A stretch of 63,201 nt of DNA, counting the filler. It is 9 parts of 9 records of this genome, joined end to end, with 100 filler letters (N's around TTAATTAATTAA, not from the genome) between each part and the next. Parts side by side here need not be neighbours in the genome. Positions count along the whole stretch, not along the records: positions 11,939 to 16,628 come from SRR7504441_1012; positions 16,729 to 23,522 come from SRR7504441_1015; 7 more parts are not named here. The stretch is one strand, 5' to 3'. The notes beneath the pieces are model-generated. The model worked only from the letters and a program-made list of their open reading frames with translations. It did not search any database and was not told the DNA's origin. Positions 12,779 to 23,622 of this stretch are shown in pieces. A program made the position numbers and the translations under genes. How positions within the stretch are numbered: position 1 is the stretch's first letter; each line of letters begins with the position of its first letter.

Positions 12779-13126
12779 GGGATTTGGCGGAGGAAATTAA
12801 AAAAGCACAGATATTCAGCCTCAGCCGCCGTTGCCTGCCGACTCACAGCATTGCACGCCGCCGCAGCTGGCTGGTCGCTTGCGGATGCGCGGGTCTCGTG
12901 CTGGGTGAGGCAGCGTCTTTAGGAGTTCGAGCTCACGATCATTGCGAGCAGTCGCCTGCATGGTCGCCTGTCGATGCGATAACTGAGTGCAATCGTGCTG
13001 GCACTCGACTCGGTGGCTGTGCAGTGACTAGGCCTAGCAACGATCGGGCTCGCATACGGTCCGCGCGCTAGACGTCTCGCGGATTCATTAAATATTAAAT
13101 CGGCTTACCGCGCACCCCTCGGCCTC

Positions 13127-13511
13127 TCAGCTCAAGAAGCCCTTAGCGCTGCCCTTGGCCTGGGCCGCCTGCCAATCCACGAAGTTGTTCGGGGCCAGCG
13201 CGCAGCCGTCCAACTGCCCCAAGCTCAACGGAAACCAGCCCCAACCGCGCACCGGGGAGCGGGGCCGTGGGGGGCTCGGCGACAGCTGGATCTTGCTCAG
13301 CCGGGCGGCCACTTGGTCCGTTGGCTCGTGCGCCTCGGCCCGACGGAGGCACTGGTCGACGAACAAGAAGTCGGCTGCCCGATCCTCGGCCCGGCCCGGC
13401 CGGCCCGGGGGCACCAGCGCTGATCGCCCCGAGGTCGGCCTGCGACTCTATTAGTTGGTCCACTATCCGCCCAAACTGTCGGCTGTACTCGGTCTTGGCA
13501 TGGCAATCCAT
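13127..13511 (-). CDS. Small hypothetical protein, spliced
   Basis: Exons joined by GT-AG introns (e.g. 13375-13414) give one continuous frame. No family recognised. Confidence 0.45.
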
Positions 13512-13653
13512 CTGCACCGAGCCGGGTCAGACCACGCCCGCCCACCACCCACCACTCCCCGATTCGCGCTGGCCCTCGCTGTCAAGCCCGCCGCATCGCT
13601 GCTCGGCGATTGCACTCGGCGAATATTTGCCCAATCTTTCTGCGTGCACCTTC

Positions 13654-13672
13654 TAACGGAACGTTTCCGTTA
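13654..13672. promoter_or_regulatory. Palindromic MYB/MSA-like element in a divergent promoter
   Basis: TAACGGAA-cgt-TTCCGTTA has perfect 8-bp arms and lies beside an AT-rich patch between two head-to-head genes. Confidence 0.35.
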
Positions 13673-13713
13673 TTAATTAATTCGTGGAGCTCGTCAAATT
13701 TGAGAGGCTCCTC

Positions 13714-16458
13714 ATGTCGCTGGCCGACGCCGTGAGCGCCTCCCAGGGCGGTGCTGGCCCACCCCCACCGGCCGCGGCCGGCGGGTTGGCAGCCGCCGTG
13801 GCAGCCGCCGGCAGCTTGCCAGGCCCCGGGCTCAGCGCACCGGCCACCCCTCTGGCGCCGAACAGCCTGGCCGCCGCCGTCGCCTCCTCCGGCCCGGCCA
13901 GCCCGTCCACGCCGAACAGCCTGGCCGCCGCCGTCGCGCAGAGCCCCGCCGGCGCCCTTGGGCCCAACAGACTGGCCGCGGCGGTGGCGCAGCAGCCAGC
14001 CCAGCCGGCCCGAGGCTGGGGATGGGCTCAACAGTCGTTCCAAGGCGTCCAGTGGGACTGGATAAATCGAGACCCCGGCGCGGTCGGCAGGCAGATCGAT
14101 CGGGCCGAGCTCCGCCGGATCGTGATGGCCCACCGCCCCACCATGGTGCGCCCCCCGCCCCCCCCCCCAGGCTGACCGGCCGGGCAGCCGTTCGAGGCAT
14201 TCTCCCACGTGCTGCGGCTGCTCTTCCCGCACCTACTGTTCGAACAGACCCAGCTGCTCGAGCTGTTCAGCCTGTTCGACGTCGGCCGGACCGGCCAGCT
14301 CGAGTGGCCGGGTGTGGCCCTCAGGCTAGCCGCGCTGTGCGGTCGGACACCCTCCGAGACGCTCGAGCTCGCCTTCTATCTGTTTGACATTAACGGCGAC
14401 AATCGGCTGCAACGGAACGAGTTCCTGGCGCTGCTCCAGCCGCTGCTGCCCCACCCGGATAGCTACACCCAACGGATTGAGCACGCCGTCTTCAGCGCTG
14501 CAGATGTATCCCGCACGGAGGTCCCCCCCCCCTACTGAGAGGCCGGTGAGCGAGTGGACGGCAGTCGCTCTCTCTAACGGACTTCCAACGGCTCTTTCTG
14601 CAGCCCATGAGCCTCCAGCGGTACAGCCAGGACAACGCTGTGCAACAGATCGCTCAAGAGTACCCCGCAGCCGGGCACGCAGCGCTGATCCGGGTGGGTC
14701 AGGCTTGAGAACTTCCTAAATCAGTTCAAGCAACAATTGCAGGCCGCAATCTCGGTGATCCGGCAGAACCACCAGCGCGGGGGGTACCCGCCGCATGCAG
14801 GACTGGCTCAGCAGGTGATTCCTCCGGCCGACCCGACGCAGGTTCCTGTGGGCAAGCATAACTTCAGATTCGCGATAGATCTGTACTCGATTCAACTCAA
14901 CTCCCAACGGCCGGCCAGTGTGTACCTGTGCTACAAGTACCCGTTCTTCGGGGCCACGTCGCCTGTCAGAACCAAGCCGCCGGTCGAGGCCTCAGCTGTT
15001 GAGACGATACTCCCTAACGAGTCTTTCTGTGCGTTCGAATTCATTATGGATGGAACAGCTTTGTACGAGGAGCTGGCCGCCAACCCGCTGGCGGTCGAAA
15101 TCTGGCGCCGGGACAAGTTTGAATCCGATTCGCTGCTCGGTGTGGCCAGAGTCCGCCTGGACGATGTGTTCTCTCAACCCAGCCAGCACGGGCCGAATGG
15201 GTCCAGCCTGCAGACACTAGACCAGAAATACCTGATTGTAAACCCGGAGAACCCGTCGGGCACCCGCCGCCGGATGGGCGAAGTACGGATCATGCTCTCC
15301 TTAGAGAAGCTGTCAGCTGGTGCAAACCTGCCCCAACACGTCTCGCAGAGGGGCTCGTACGGCGGCGCTGGGTACAATCCAGCCGGCTCGTATGGCGGCG
15401 GCGGGGGGGGGTATGGCCCGTCCGGGCCGGAGCGGGGGCCGGAGTACTCGACGGCCTGGGAATTGGAGATGTGGAAGGCTGCTGAAGAGGCCAAGTGGCG
15501 CGCTGAGCTTGCGGAGAAGGAGCACGCTCGGATGGCCGCCTTGGAGGCGGAGTGGAAGAGCCGGGAGCAGGAAAGGGAAGCTGAGGTGGGGCGGGTCAAG
15601 GCCGAGTATGCGCGGCTAGAGGCAAAGCTCAAGAGTCACCTGCTCGATATTGAAAAGCGCGAGCCGCGGCTGGCGCTTGCGGAGAAGGAGATAGAGAGGG
15701 AGAGGGAAAGGATGAGGATGGACGCGGAGCATAAGGAGAAGAACCGGCAAGAGGAGATGCAGCGGGTGGTGAGTAAGTACAAGAACGATCTGGTGATGAA
15801 TAAGATGCGATTGACCGAGTCTCAGAACTTTAGTGAAGCCCTCGAGCAGAAATTGAGGGACGCGGAGCTCCGGAATCACTCGATGGATAAGGAATTTCAA
15901 GAGTTCAAGAGGAGGTCGAATAACAGCAGCGAAGCCAAGCTGCACCAGCAAATAGCCGAGATGGCCCAGCAGCGGGTGCTGATTGAGCGCGAGAAGGACG
16001 GCGCGATGCAGCAGAAGCGACAGTACAAGGAGCAGCTAGTGAGGGCGCTCCGGGAGCTTCAGCAGCTCAAGCTGACTACTGAGCGCGAGAAAGAGCTGAG
16101 GCTTCAGCACGAGAAGCAGGAGCTGGATGCGATGCGGCTGCAGTTCTACGGGCAGGAGCAGAACAGGGCGCTGCACGCGGACCGGACGGAGCTGGACGGG
16201 ATCAAGCAGCAATTGGCCCAGCTGTCGGGCGGCCCAGCGTATCGGGCCGACTTCATCCACGAGATGCCTCCGGGCTCGGTGGCGGTGGGGATGCACCAAG
16301 GGATGCAAGGCCCTGAGCCGGACCTTGCTCGGCTGATTAGGGAACGAGACGAGCTGCTGCGGACCGGCAACTATTCGCAGGACGACAAGCTGGTGCGGCG
16401 GCTGAGCAGCGAGATCGAGAGAGTGTCGCAACTTCGAGCGAGGCCGCCGCCTTTCTAA
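13714..16458 (+). CDS. CEP120-like centriolar protein (C2 + coiled coil) with N-terminal EF-hands
   Basis: C2 domain (FRFAIDLYSI...YLCYKYPFFG...SFCAFEF...PLAVEIWRRDK), then EYSTAWELEMWKAAEE, coiled coil, and C-terminal LIRERDELLRTGNYSQDDKLV. Introns 14146-14187, 14521-14564 and 14660-14702 fuse the upstream EF-hand exons in frame. Confidence 0.85.
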
Positions 16459-16628
16459 GTCTTGTATATGCACAATCATGATGTTCTATCTTGGTTTAAT
16501 TTTAGAGCGTGCACAGTAAATCGATTGTGCGCACTTATTGTTGTGCGACTTGCGCCTTGTTAGAAGGTAAAGAGCTAAGTAGCTCGATAAAACCCCTCCT
16601 ACAGCTTGAATGTTGGAGGATAGATTCC

Positions 16629-16728
16629 NNNNNNNNNNNNNNNNNNNNNNNNNNNNNNNNNNNNNNNNNNNNTTAATTAATTAANNNNNNNNNNNNNNNN
16701 NNNNNNNNNNNNNNNNNNNNNNNNNNNN
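16629..16728. other. Artificial contig-joining spacer
   Basis: N44-TTAATTAATTAA-N44. Confidence 0.98.
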
Positions 16729-16987
16729 AATTGGACAGTAAGTGGATCGTTTGCGGTACGTGCGCTAGATGTTAAACCTAACTCCGTCGTCACGCCTGTG
16801 AGGCTTGTGTCTGACAGGGAGCCACAGGGGCTCCACGGGAAGTTTTCCAGGTCGCTCAGCACCCTTCGCCACACGCTCCGGCCTGCCTGCAAAGGGAGCT
16901 GAAGCGACCAGCCGGGGCGGGCTGTGCACGGGTGCACGGCTGTCGAACGGCGCGATGCGCCATATAGTGCGGTGATCGAACTCGACA

Positions 16988-19900
16988 ATGGAGCCGTCTC
17001 CGCCAGGCGTCCCTGCTTCCGCGACAGCTCCGACAGCTGGCGACAATCCTGCTGAACTTGCCTCAGCCGGCTGGGCCCAGCAGCTCGCTGCCAAGGGCCT
17101 CGCGGCCCCAGGCGTGCCCAGCCAAATGCCGGTGCCCCCGCGTGGACCGCCTCCAGGGCCGCAGCCTCCAGGCCCGCGCCCAGTGCCCCCTCTGGGGCCA
17201 CCGCCCTCGCTGCCCGGAAGTAGGCCGCCCGCCCAGCAGCCACCTCCCTACTACCAGGGGGGGTGGGGCGGGCAAAATGGTGCGCGGCCGACTGCCCGGC
17301 CCCGGCAGCGATCGGCGAGTCCGAGGCGACTGGGCCGCAGTTCGCGCAGTCGCAGCCCGCGGGCGCGCAGCCCCAAACGCCGAAGCCGCAGTCCAGCTGG
17401 ATATAGCCGGAGCCCGCGGTACAGTCGTAGCCGCAGCCCACGCAGCCGGAGCCCGAGGCGATGGAGCCGGAGCCGGAGCCGGAGCCGGAGTAGCAGTTCA
17501 CGCAGTCGCAGCCCGAGGGCGCGCGACGGGAGGGTGCGCGACAAGGGCGGAGCGCGCAGGCCGCCGGAGCCGCCGACACAGGGATGGGCTGTGCAGGCCA
17601 GGCCAGCCTGGGAGAGCCCGGTGGTGTCCGGTGGCGGCTGGAAGGGAGGCAAAGGCGGAGGATCGTGGGGCGAGCACGGATACAGGCGGGTGGACAGCAA
17701 CAGCCTGACAGTGTGCGACGAGGCCAAGATCACCAGAATCCTGGCCGACCGGACACTGGCCCGGATCTCGCGCGAGTTTGAGCGAGCCGACCAGATGCGG
17801 GTAGTTTGGGCTGCGGGCTGGCTGAGCCGGGGCAGGATGCGCTGACGGCCATGGGAGTGGTGATCTGGGATAAAGACAGGCGCTGGTGGATGAAGCAAAG
17901 CGAGGGCCTCCCGGGCTTCGGCGAGGCGGCTGTGCCCCGGCCGGTCAAGGTGCGCCCGCCTGGAGCGGCTCAGCCTGGGGGCAGCCGGCGGGCATCTCCA
18001 ACAGGACAGCAGCCCAGCACCCGGACAAGCAGGGCTGGGGCGCCCCCCGGCTGCTCACATCGCTCGGGGCGGGCCCGAAGCCGTTCTACTCGGTGCTCGC
18101 GGCGCACAGCTGGCGGGTGGTCCACTCGTCCGGCCAGCAGCCAAGGTTCTCAGTGGCCGGACGGCTGGAGCCTCACGCCCCAGTCACTCTAGCCTCGGAC
18201 CCGCGGCCCGCCCAGCGGCCGGCCAGCCTGAGTCCGAGCGAGCTGCCGGTGCCGGGGCTGGGCGGGTCGGTGCTCGTGTCAAACCTGCAGCCGGATGGAG
18301 GGAGCCCTTTTGAGCAACTGCTCCAGCTGCTCCAGGAGACCTGCGCCAGGGCCGGCTCCGCGCTGCTGCACGCTCCGCTGCTGGCGGCTGTGCTCAAGGA
18401 GATGGGCGCCCCGGCGAGCAAGCACAGCCGGCAGGTGTACCGCGGTTGTGAGCAGCTCGAGCTTGGTGAGCCACTGGCCGGCCGGGGCTGAGCAGAGGCC
18501 AGACGGACAACCGGCGCTCAGGATCAGGTTTGGCAAGCGATCGCACGCGGACGGGTTCGTCTTGTGAGCCTCTAGCTGGCCGGGGGCGAGTGGCTGGGCA
18601 GGTCGATCAACGGCAAGTACCTGGGCAATTACCCAATCAAGGTCGAGGCTGACCACTGGGAGCGATTCCCGGAGCCACTCGACCAGCCAAGGTGCCAGCC
18701 GGGGGACCCTAACCCTAACCCAACCGGGGCCCAGGCCAGAAGCGCCAGAGCCAGCGGCCGAGCCAACAGCAGCCGCAGCTACGGGTGATTTTAGCACGGC
18801 GGATCTTGAGCCTCAGAGCGACGAGGATGAGCTTGAGGAGCTTCCGTCGATCCAGCTCGGAAACCTGGCAGTGACCGAGCATGACATCAAGCACGTGATG
18901 GAGTACTTCGTGGCCTTCAAGCCGCTCTCGGCCGTGGTCCGCAAGAGGCGGAGCGAGGAGGCGAGCCTGCTGCTTCAGTTTGACACCAGCCACGAGAGAG
19001 ACAAGGCACAAGCCTTGTGGCCGGCTGCTGACTGACTCGGGCGCAGGCTATATCGGCCTGCCAGGGCTGCTTCCTGCCGAGCAGGCCGCAGCCGCTCTTC
19101 CTGCGGCCGGCCTACTCCAAGCGAAAGCGGCCGGAGCGGATGATCCGAGTTTCGGAGCTCGAGCACTTGGGTCTGAGCAAGCTGACCAACATGATCCGGC
19201 GGGAAGTGTTCAGGCAGGTGACCACCGAGCTGATCGCGCCCCAGATAGACGCCCAACTCGACAGCTGCTGGGAGCGCAAGCAGATAGAGAAGCCGCAGGT
19301 CGAGCGCCCGGCCCAGCAGCAGAGCTCGTGGCGAGACAAGTTCAAGCAGTCTGCTGAGCCCAACCCGACGCCTGCACAAAGGTTTCCCAAGCAGCCAAAG
19401 TCTGCACGCCGCAGGCAGCAAAGCGAGAGCGAGCCTGATGAGGCTGCCGAGAGCGGCCAGCCAGCCGAGCCGGAGTGGTCCTACTCGAGCGGCAGCGACA
19501 GCGACGACGACCGCCCAATCTGCGGCAACGTGGTGGATCCGGTGTCGGTGTCTGCTGTGGTGCTGGCGGATGAGGCTTTGATTGACGAGGAGAGCCGGGC
19601 CGGGCTGGGTCGGTGCGAGGACGAGGACGCGTTCTTCCTGGGGCTTGTCCAGCTTTGGGAGTCGGACCAGCTTGCCCAGCCCAGGCTCGACGGCGGCAAG
19701 CCGAGTGCAGCCAGGCTGCGGCCTTACACTAAGAAGCAAGCTGCGCTCAAGCAGGAGCTGCCCAAGAAGAAGAAGCCCAAGATGAGGAGGACGGCTCCTG
19801 AGCTGCAGACCCTCTCAAGCCAGTCCTCCAAGCCAGCTGATGGCACTGGAGCCCCGGATGGTGCCGGAGTGAGTGGGCGGTCTGTCCGAGCACAGGCGCG

Positions 19901-20525
19901 GCAGCGAAGCGCCCAGAGGAGCTTCCAGGCGGAGCTGGTGGCGGCCGGGCTGATCCGAGACGGGACGCTGTTCGAGCGGAAGAAGAGGCTGTCGTTCAAG
20001 CCGAGCCGGATCCACGGCTGGGGGCTGTTTGCGCAGGTGTGTTAGGGTTAGGTTGGGGCTGCTGAGCTCGGGTGGCAGGAGCCTATCATCAAAGACGAGA
20101 TGGTGATTGAATACGTGGGTGAGCTGATCGGGAACACGCTGGCCGACGTGAGAGAGGACCGGTGAGCAGCCGTGAGGACTCGGTTCGGGCTGAGCCGGGG
20201 CAGGTACGAGGCGGTCGGGATTGGCTCGTCGTATCTGTTCCGGCTGGACGGCGAGATGGTGGTGGACGCCACCAAGAAGGGCAACGTGGCCCGGTTCATG
20301 AACCACTCGTGCGACCCAAACTGCACCGCCAAGGTGGTCGAGTTCCAGGGCGGCAAGAAGATCGCCGTGTTTGCCGAGCGGTATTTGTGTTTGCGGGGTG
20401 GGTTGACGAGTGTCAGGTCGATTGGGATCGGGGAAGAGATAACTTACGACTACAAGTTCCCGTACGAGGAGGACAAGATCCCGTGCCACTGCCAATCGGA
20501 CAAGTGCAGGCAGTGGCTCAACTAG
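16988..20525 (+). CDS. SET1: SET1/SETD1-like histone H3K4 methyltransferase
   Basis: C-terminal SET and post-SET: SRIHGWGLFA, VIEYVGELI, GIGSSYLFRLD, ARFMNHSCDPNC, EEITYDYKF, IPCHCQSDKCRQWLN. Upstream RRM-like segments and an N-terminal RS tract. Several short introns. Confidence 0.9.
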
Positions 20526-20577
20526 AATCAATAAACAATCTGCCTGTCTTGATCGACCTTTAGAAGTCATTATGCTA

Positions 20578-20650
20578 GTTTTAGCTTGATCACCAGCGCT
20601 ACATGTGCCTCATTATGTTTTAGTTTGATCACCAGCGCTACATGTGCCTC
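20578..20650. repeat. Two-copy direct repeat (34-nt unit, 39-nt period)
   Basis: gttttagYttgatcaccagcgctacatgtgcctc at 20578 and 20617, between convergent genes. Confidence 0.85.
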
Positions 20651-20764
20651 GATCGTTGCTTGAGCACAAGTCGCCAATTATACAACAACCCACAGCCGCT
20701 CACCACTAGAAACACTATTATGAGCCTGCACGCGGCACTGTCAGCCCGGGACCCAGCGGCCGGG

Positions 20765-21667
20765 TCACAGCATGGCGCATTCGAGTCCTATTGTGCTCGG
20801 GTCGCAGTCTTGGTCTAGCTCGAAGTGCCGCTCTTCCCGGTCCACCCCGCGCGTGCTGTAGCTCTGGCCTTCCGGGCAGAACAGCTGCCAGAACCCCCGC
20901 TGGCCCAGCCCAGTCTTGATCTCCAGTCCGGCCAGCAGCACGGCCCCCGCCCCCAACCCGGCCCAACCCAGCCGCCTCCTGCCACTCCGCTCTGCCCAAC
21001 CGATCAGCCTGCCTGCCTGCCTGCCAGCCCACCAGCAGCAGCCTGCTCGAGCGCGAGCGCCACCTCCCCGCCGCTCGGGCCCCTAGCCCGGGCCAGCTGT
21101 ATCGGCCGCTCCCCGCGCTGCCCCGCCGGATCGGCAGGCCTCGGGCTGGGGCGGCCACCAGGTTTGGAGCCTCGGGCCGGCCACGGGCCACAAGCAGCAG
21201 CTCGAGCACGGGGAGCCCACCAGCCCGGGCCGCCCGGTGGACTGGGCCCTCCCGCCACCGGTCGACCGCGTTGACCGAGGCGCCGGCTAGGAGCAGCTGC
21301 TCGATCAGCGGGCGAGCGGCCAGGTCCGTGGCCAGCATCAGTGCGCTCCTGCCGGACTGCCCCCCCTCTGGCCGGGCGGCCGGGGCCGGGGCGCCTTGTC
21401 TGGGCAGTCCGGCCGAGCCCCGTGCGCCAGCAGCAGCCCGATCGCGGCCGACCGGCGGTCCGGGTCCCGGATGAGGGCCGCGGCGTGCAGCGGCGACAGC
21501 CCGGTCGATGGGTGGATCCGGTGGAGCTCGAGAGAGCCCTGACCGAGCAGCGCCCCGGCAGCCGCCAGCTGGCAGCCCGACACCAACTCATACAGCCGGG
21601 CGCTCCGCTCCTCCCGAGCCTGAGAGGCCTTGTCCAGCCCGGCTGATACTGCGCGCAGCCCGGACAT
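20765..21667 (-). CDS. Ankyrin-repeat protein, spliced
   Basis: TGLSPLHAAA...IGLLLAHGARPD, LIEQLLLAGASVNAVDRWREGPVHRAARAG. Confidence 0.8.
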
Positions 21668-21934
21668 TCGGTTGACGTTGAATGGGAACGCGAACTCATC
21701 AAGTTCGGACTGACTGGCGATTCGGCGATTGAGCTAGGATTGAGTGAGTACGGGCTATGTACTAGCTAGATGTACGGGCACTCTGTCAATATATATCATC
21801 TTTAATGTAAGTACTTCCTCATGTACTAACTTAAGCTCATTCATGGATCCGCTCAGAAAACTTTGTGGCAAATGACAGTCTACAAGACTTAGTCATGTAG
21901 CTAGGCCACAGCCGCCGGGCTCCAGCACAGCTTA

Positions 21935-23395
21935 CTACATCGTATCCATAGTCGCCCACACTTCCGTCTCGCGTGACCTTTTGGCCTTTTGGTATTCGGC
22001 ACTATGCCTGGTCGGTGCTATGCTCACGGGCATGTGCGCCGGCATCTGCCCCCGGGCTCGCGCGGCCTGCCTACAGACAGGCTGTTGCCTGGCCGTCTTG
22101 CCCAAACTCAGCAAACCCCTTGACTTTGTCCGGGTTGTTGGTGAGCATCGTGAGGCTCTTGATCTTGAGCTTGGTCAGAATCGCCCGGGAGGGCCCGTAG
22201 TCTCGGCAGTCGTCAGGCAGGTGCAGAGCCCTGTTGGCGCTGTAAGTGTTTAGCCCCTGCTCCTGCAGCTTGTACGCCTGCACGTTGCTCAGTCGCCCAG
22301 ACCAGCAGCAGCCACCCGGATCTTGTTGGAGAGCCCTATCCCGCGGCCCTCGTGTCCCGTCACATACAGCACCACGCCGCACCCGCGCTTGGCCACCAAG
22401 TGGAGCGCCGCGTCGTATTGCGGCCCGCAGTCGCACCTCAGACTGTTGAGCACGTTGCCAGTGAAGCACTCCGAGTGCACCCGCACCAGCACATCGTCCG
22501 CCCCCGCCACCGGCCCGAGCACCAGTGCCATGTGCTCGTCGTCGGTCAGTATGTCCCGAAACACCATCATCTCGAAATCGGCCTCGCCGTGCTCACTCCC
22601 GTCCGGAGAGACAGTCCGGACCGGCAGCTTGCAGCTGGCGCTCACCCAGAGCCGATCGGCCAGACTCATCCGGCCCGGGGCTGTGGTTGGGCAGGCTAGG
22701 CTGGGCAGCGGCTGCGGGGCCGCTTGTCGGAACTCAACTATCTGCTGGACTGTGATCACAGGCAGCTGGTGCAGCTGCCCAAACTCGCAGCACGCATCAA
22801 ACCGGCGCATCTGCCCGTCCGGGTGCATCAGCTCGCAGATCAGCCCGACCGGCTCCACCCCGGCCAGCACACACAGGTCCACCGTGGCCTCGGTGTGCCC
22901 CCGCCGCTCGAGCGTCCCCCCGGGCTTGGCCACCAGCGGGAAAACGTGCCCCGGCCGATGGAAGTGCGCAGCCCCGCGGGCCGGGTCGGCGAATGCATGG
23001 ACCGTCTTGGCCCGGTCGTCGGCGGAGGCCCCAGTGGTGACGCCCTCCCCGAGCAGGTCGGCGGTGACGGTGAAGTTGGTCTGGTTCGGGTCCTGGTTGT
23101 TGGCCACCATCCGCGGCAGTTCGAGCTGATTGGCCCGGTGCTCGGTCATCGGGACGCAAAGGATCCCGTTCGTGTGCCGCACCATGAACGCCACCAGGGT
23201 CGGGTTAGCGAACTGGGCCGCCATCACCAGGTCGCCCTCGTTCTCCCGGCCCTCGTCGTCCATCACTATGACGAAACCACCCGCCCGGATCACCGCCAGC
23301 GCGTCGGGCACCGTGCTCAGCTGACGTGACGGGAGCCCCGGGTCCTCTTTGTCCATCGTCCCGTTTCCGCACTCGGCGCAACCTGACTCACACAT
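21935..23395 (-). CDS. ribBA: Bifunctional DHBP synthase / GTP cyclohydrolase II (riboflavin synthesis)
   Basis: DDEGRENEGDL, RPGHVFPL, RRGHTEA (RibB). VRVHSECFTG..SLRCDCG, HEGRGIGL, LTNNPDK (RibA). Two short introns, one GC-AG at 22046-22088. Confidence 0.95.
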
Positions 23396-23522
23396 GCCCG
23401 CCGACTCGCGCGCCAACCACAGAAAGACCGCAAGCCCTCGTCATGCACGTGAGCCTGACTCGCCCAAACAGCCCGAGGTCTGCCGCTATGCCGCGCTTGC
23501 CGATCTGGCGGGCTCGTGCCGG

Positions 23523-23622
23523 NNNNNNNNNNNNNNNNNNNNNNNNNNNNNNNNNNNNNNNNNNNNTTAATTAATTAANNNNNNNNNNNNNNNNNNNNNN
23601 NNNNNNNNNNNNNNNNNNNNNN
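23523..23622. other. Artificial contig-joining spacer
   Basis: N44-TTAATTAATTAA-N44. Confidence 0.98.

Noticed and set aside
13511-13600. Possible second selenoprotein (ATG CGG CGG GCT TGA upstream of the small minus-strand gene)
   Set aside because: There is no redox motif around the TGA and no SECIS seen. A 5' UTR intron or uORF is simpler.
18708-20058. Telomere-like CCCTAA/TTAGGG motifs (18708-18722, 20041-20053, also near 12130)
   Set aside because: Only one or two units each, inside an exon or an intron. Too short to call telomeric.
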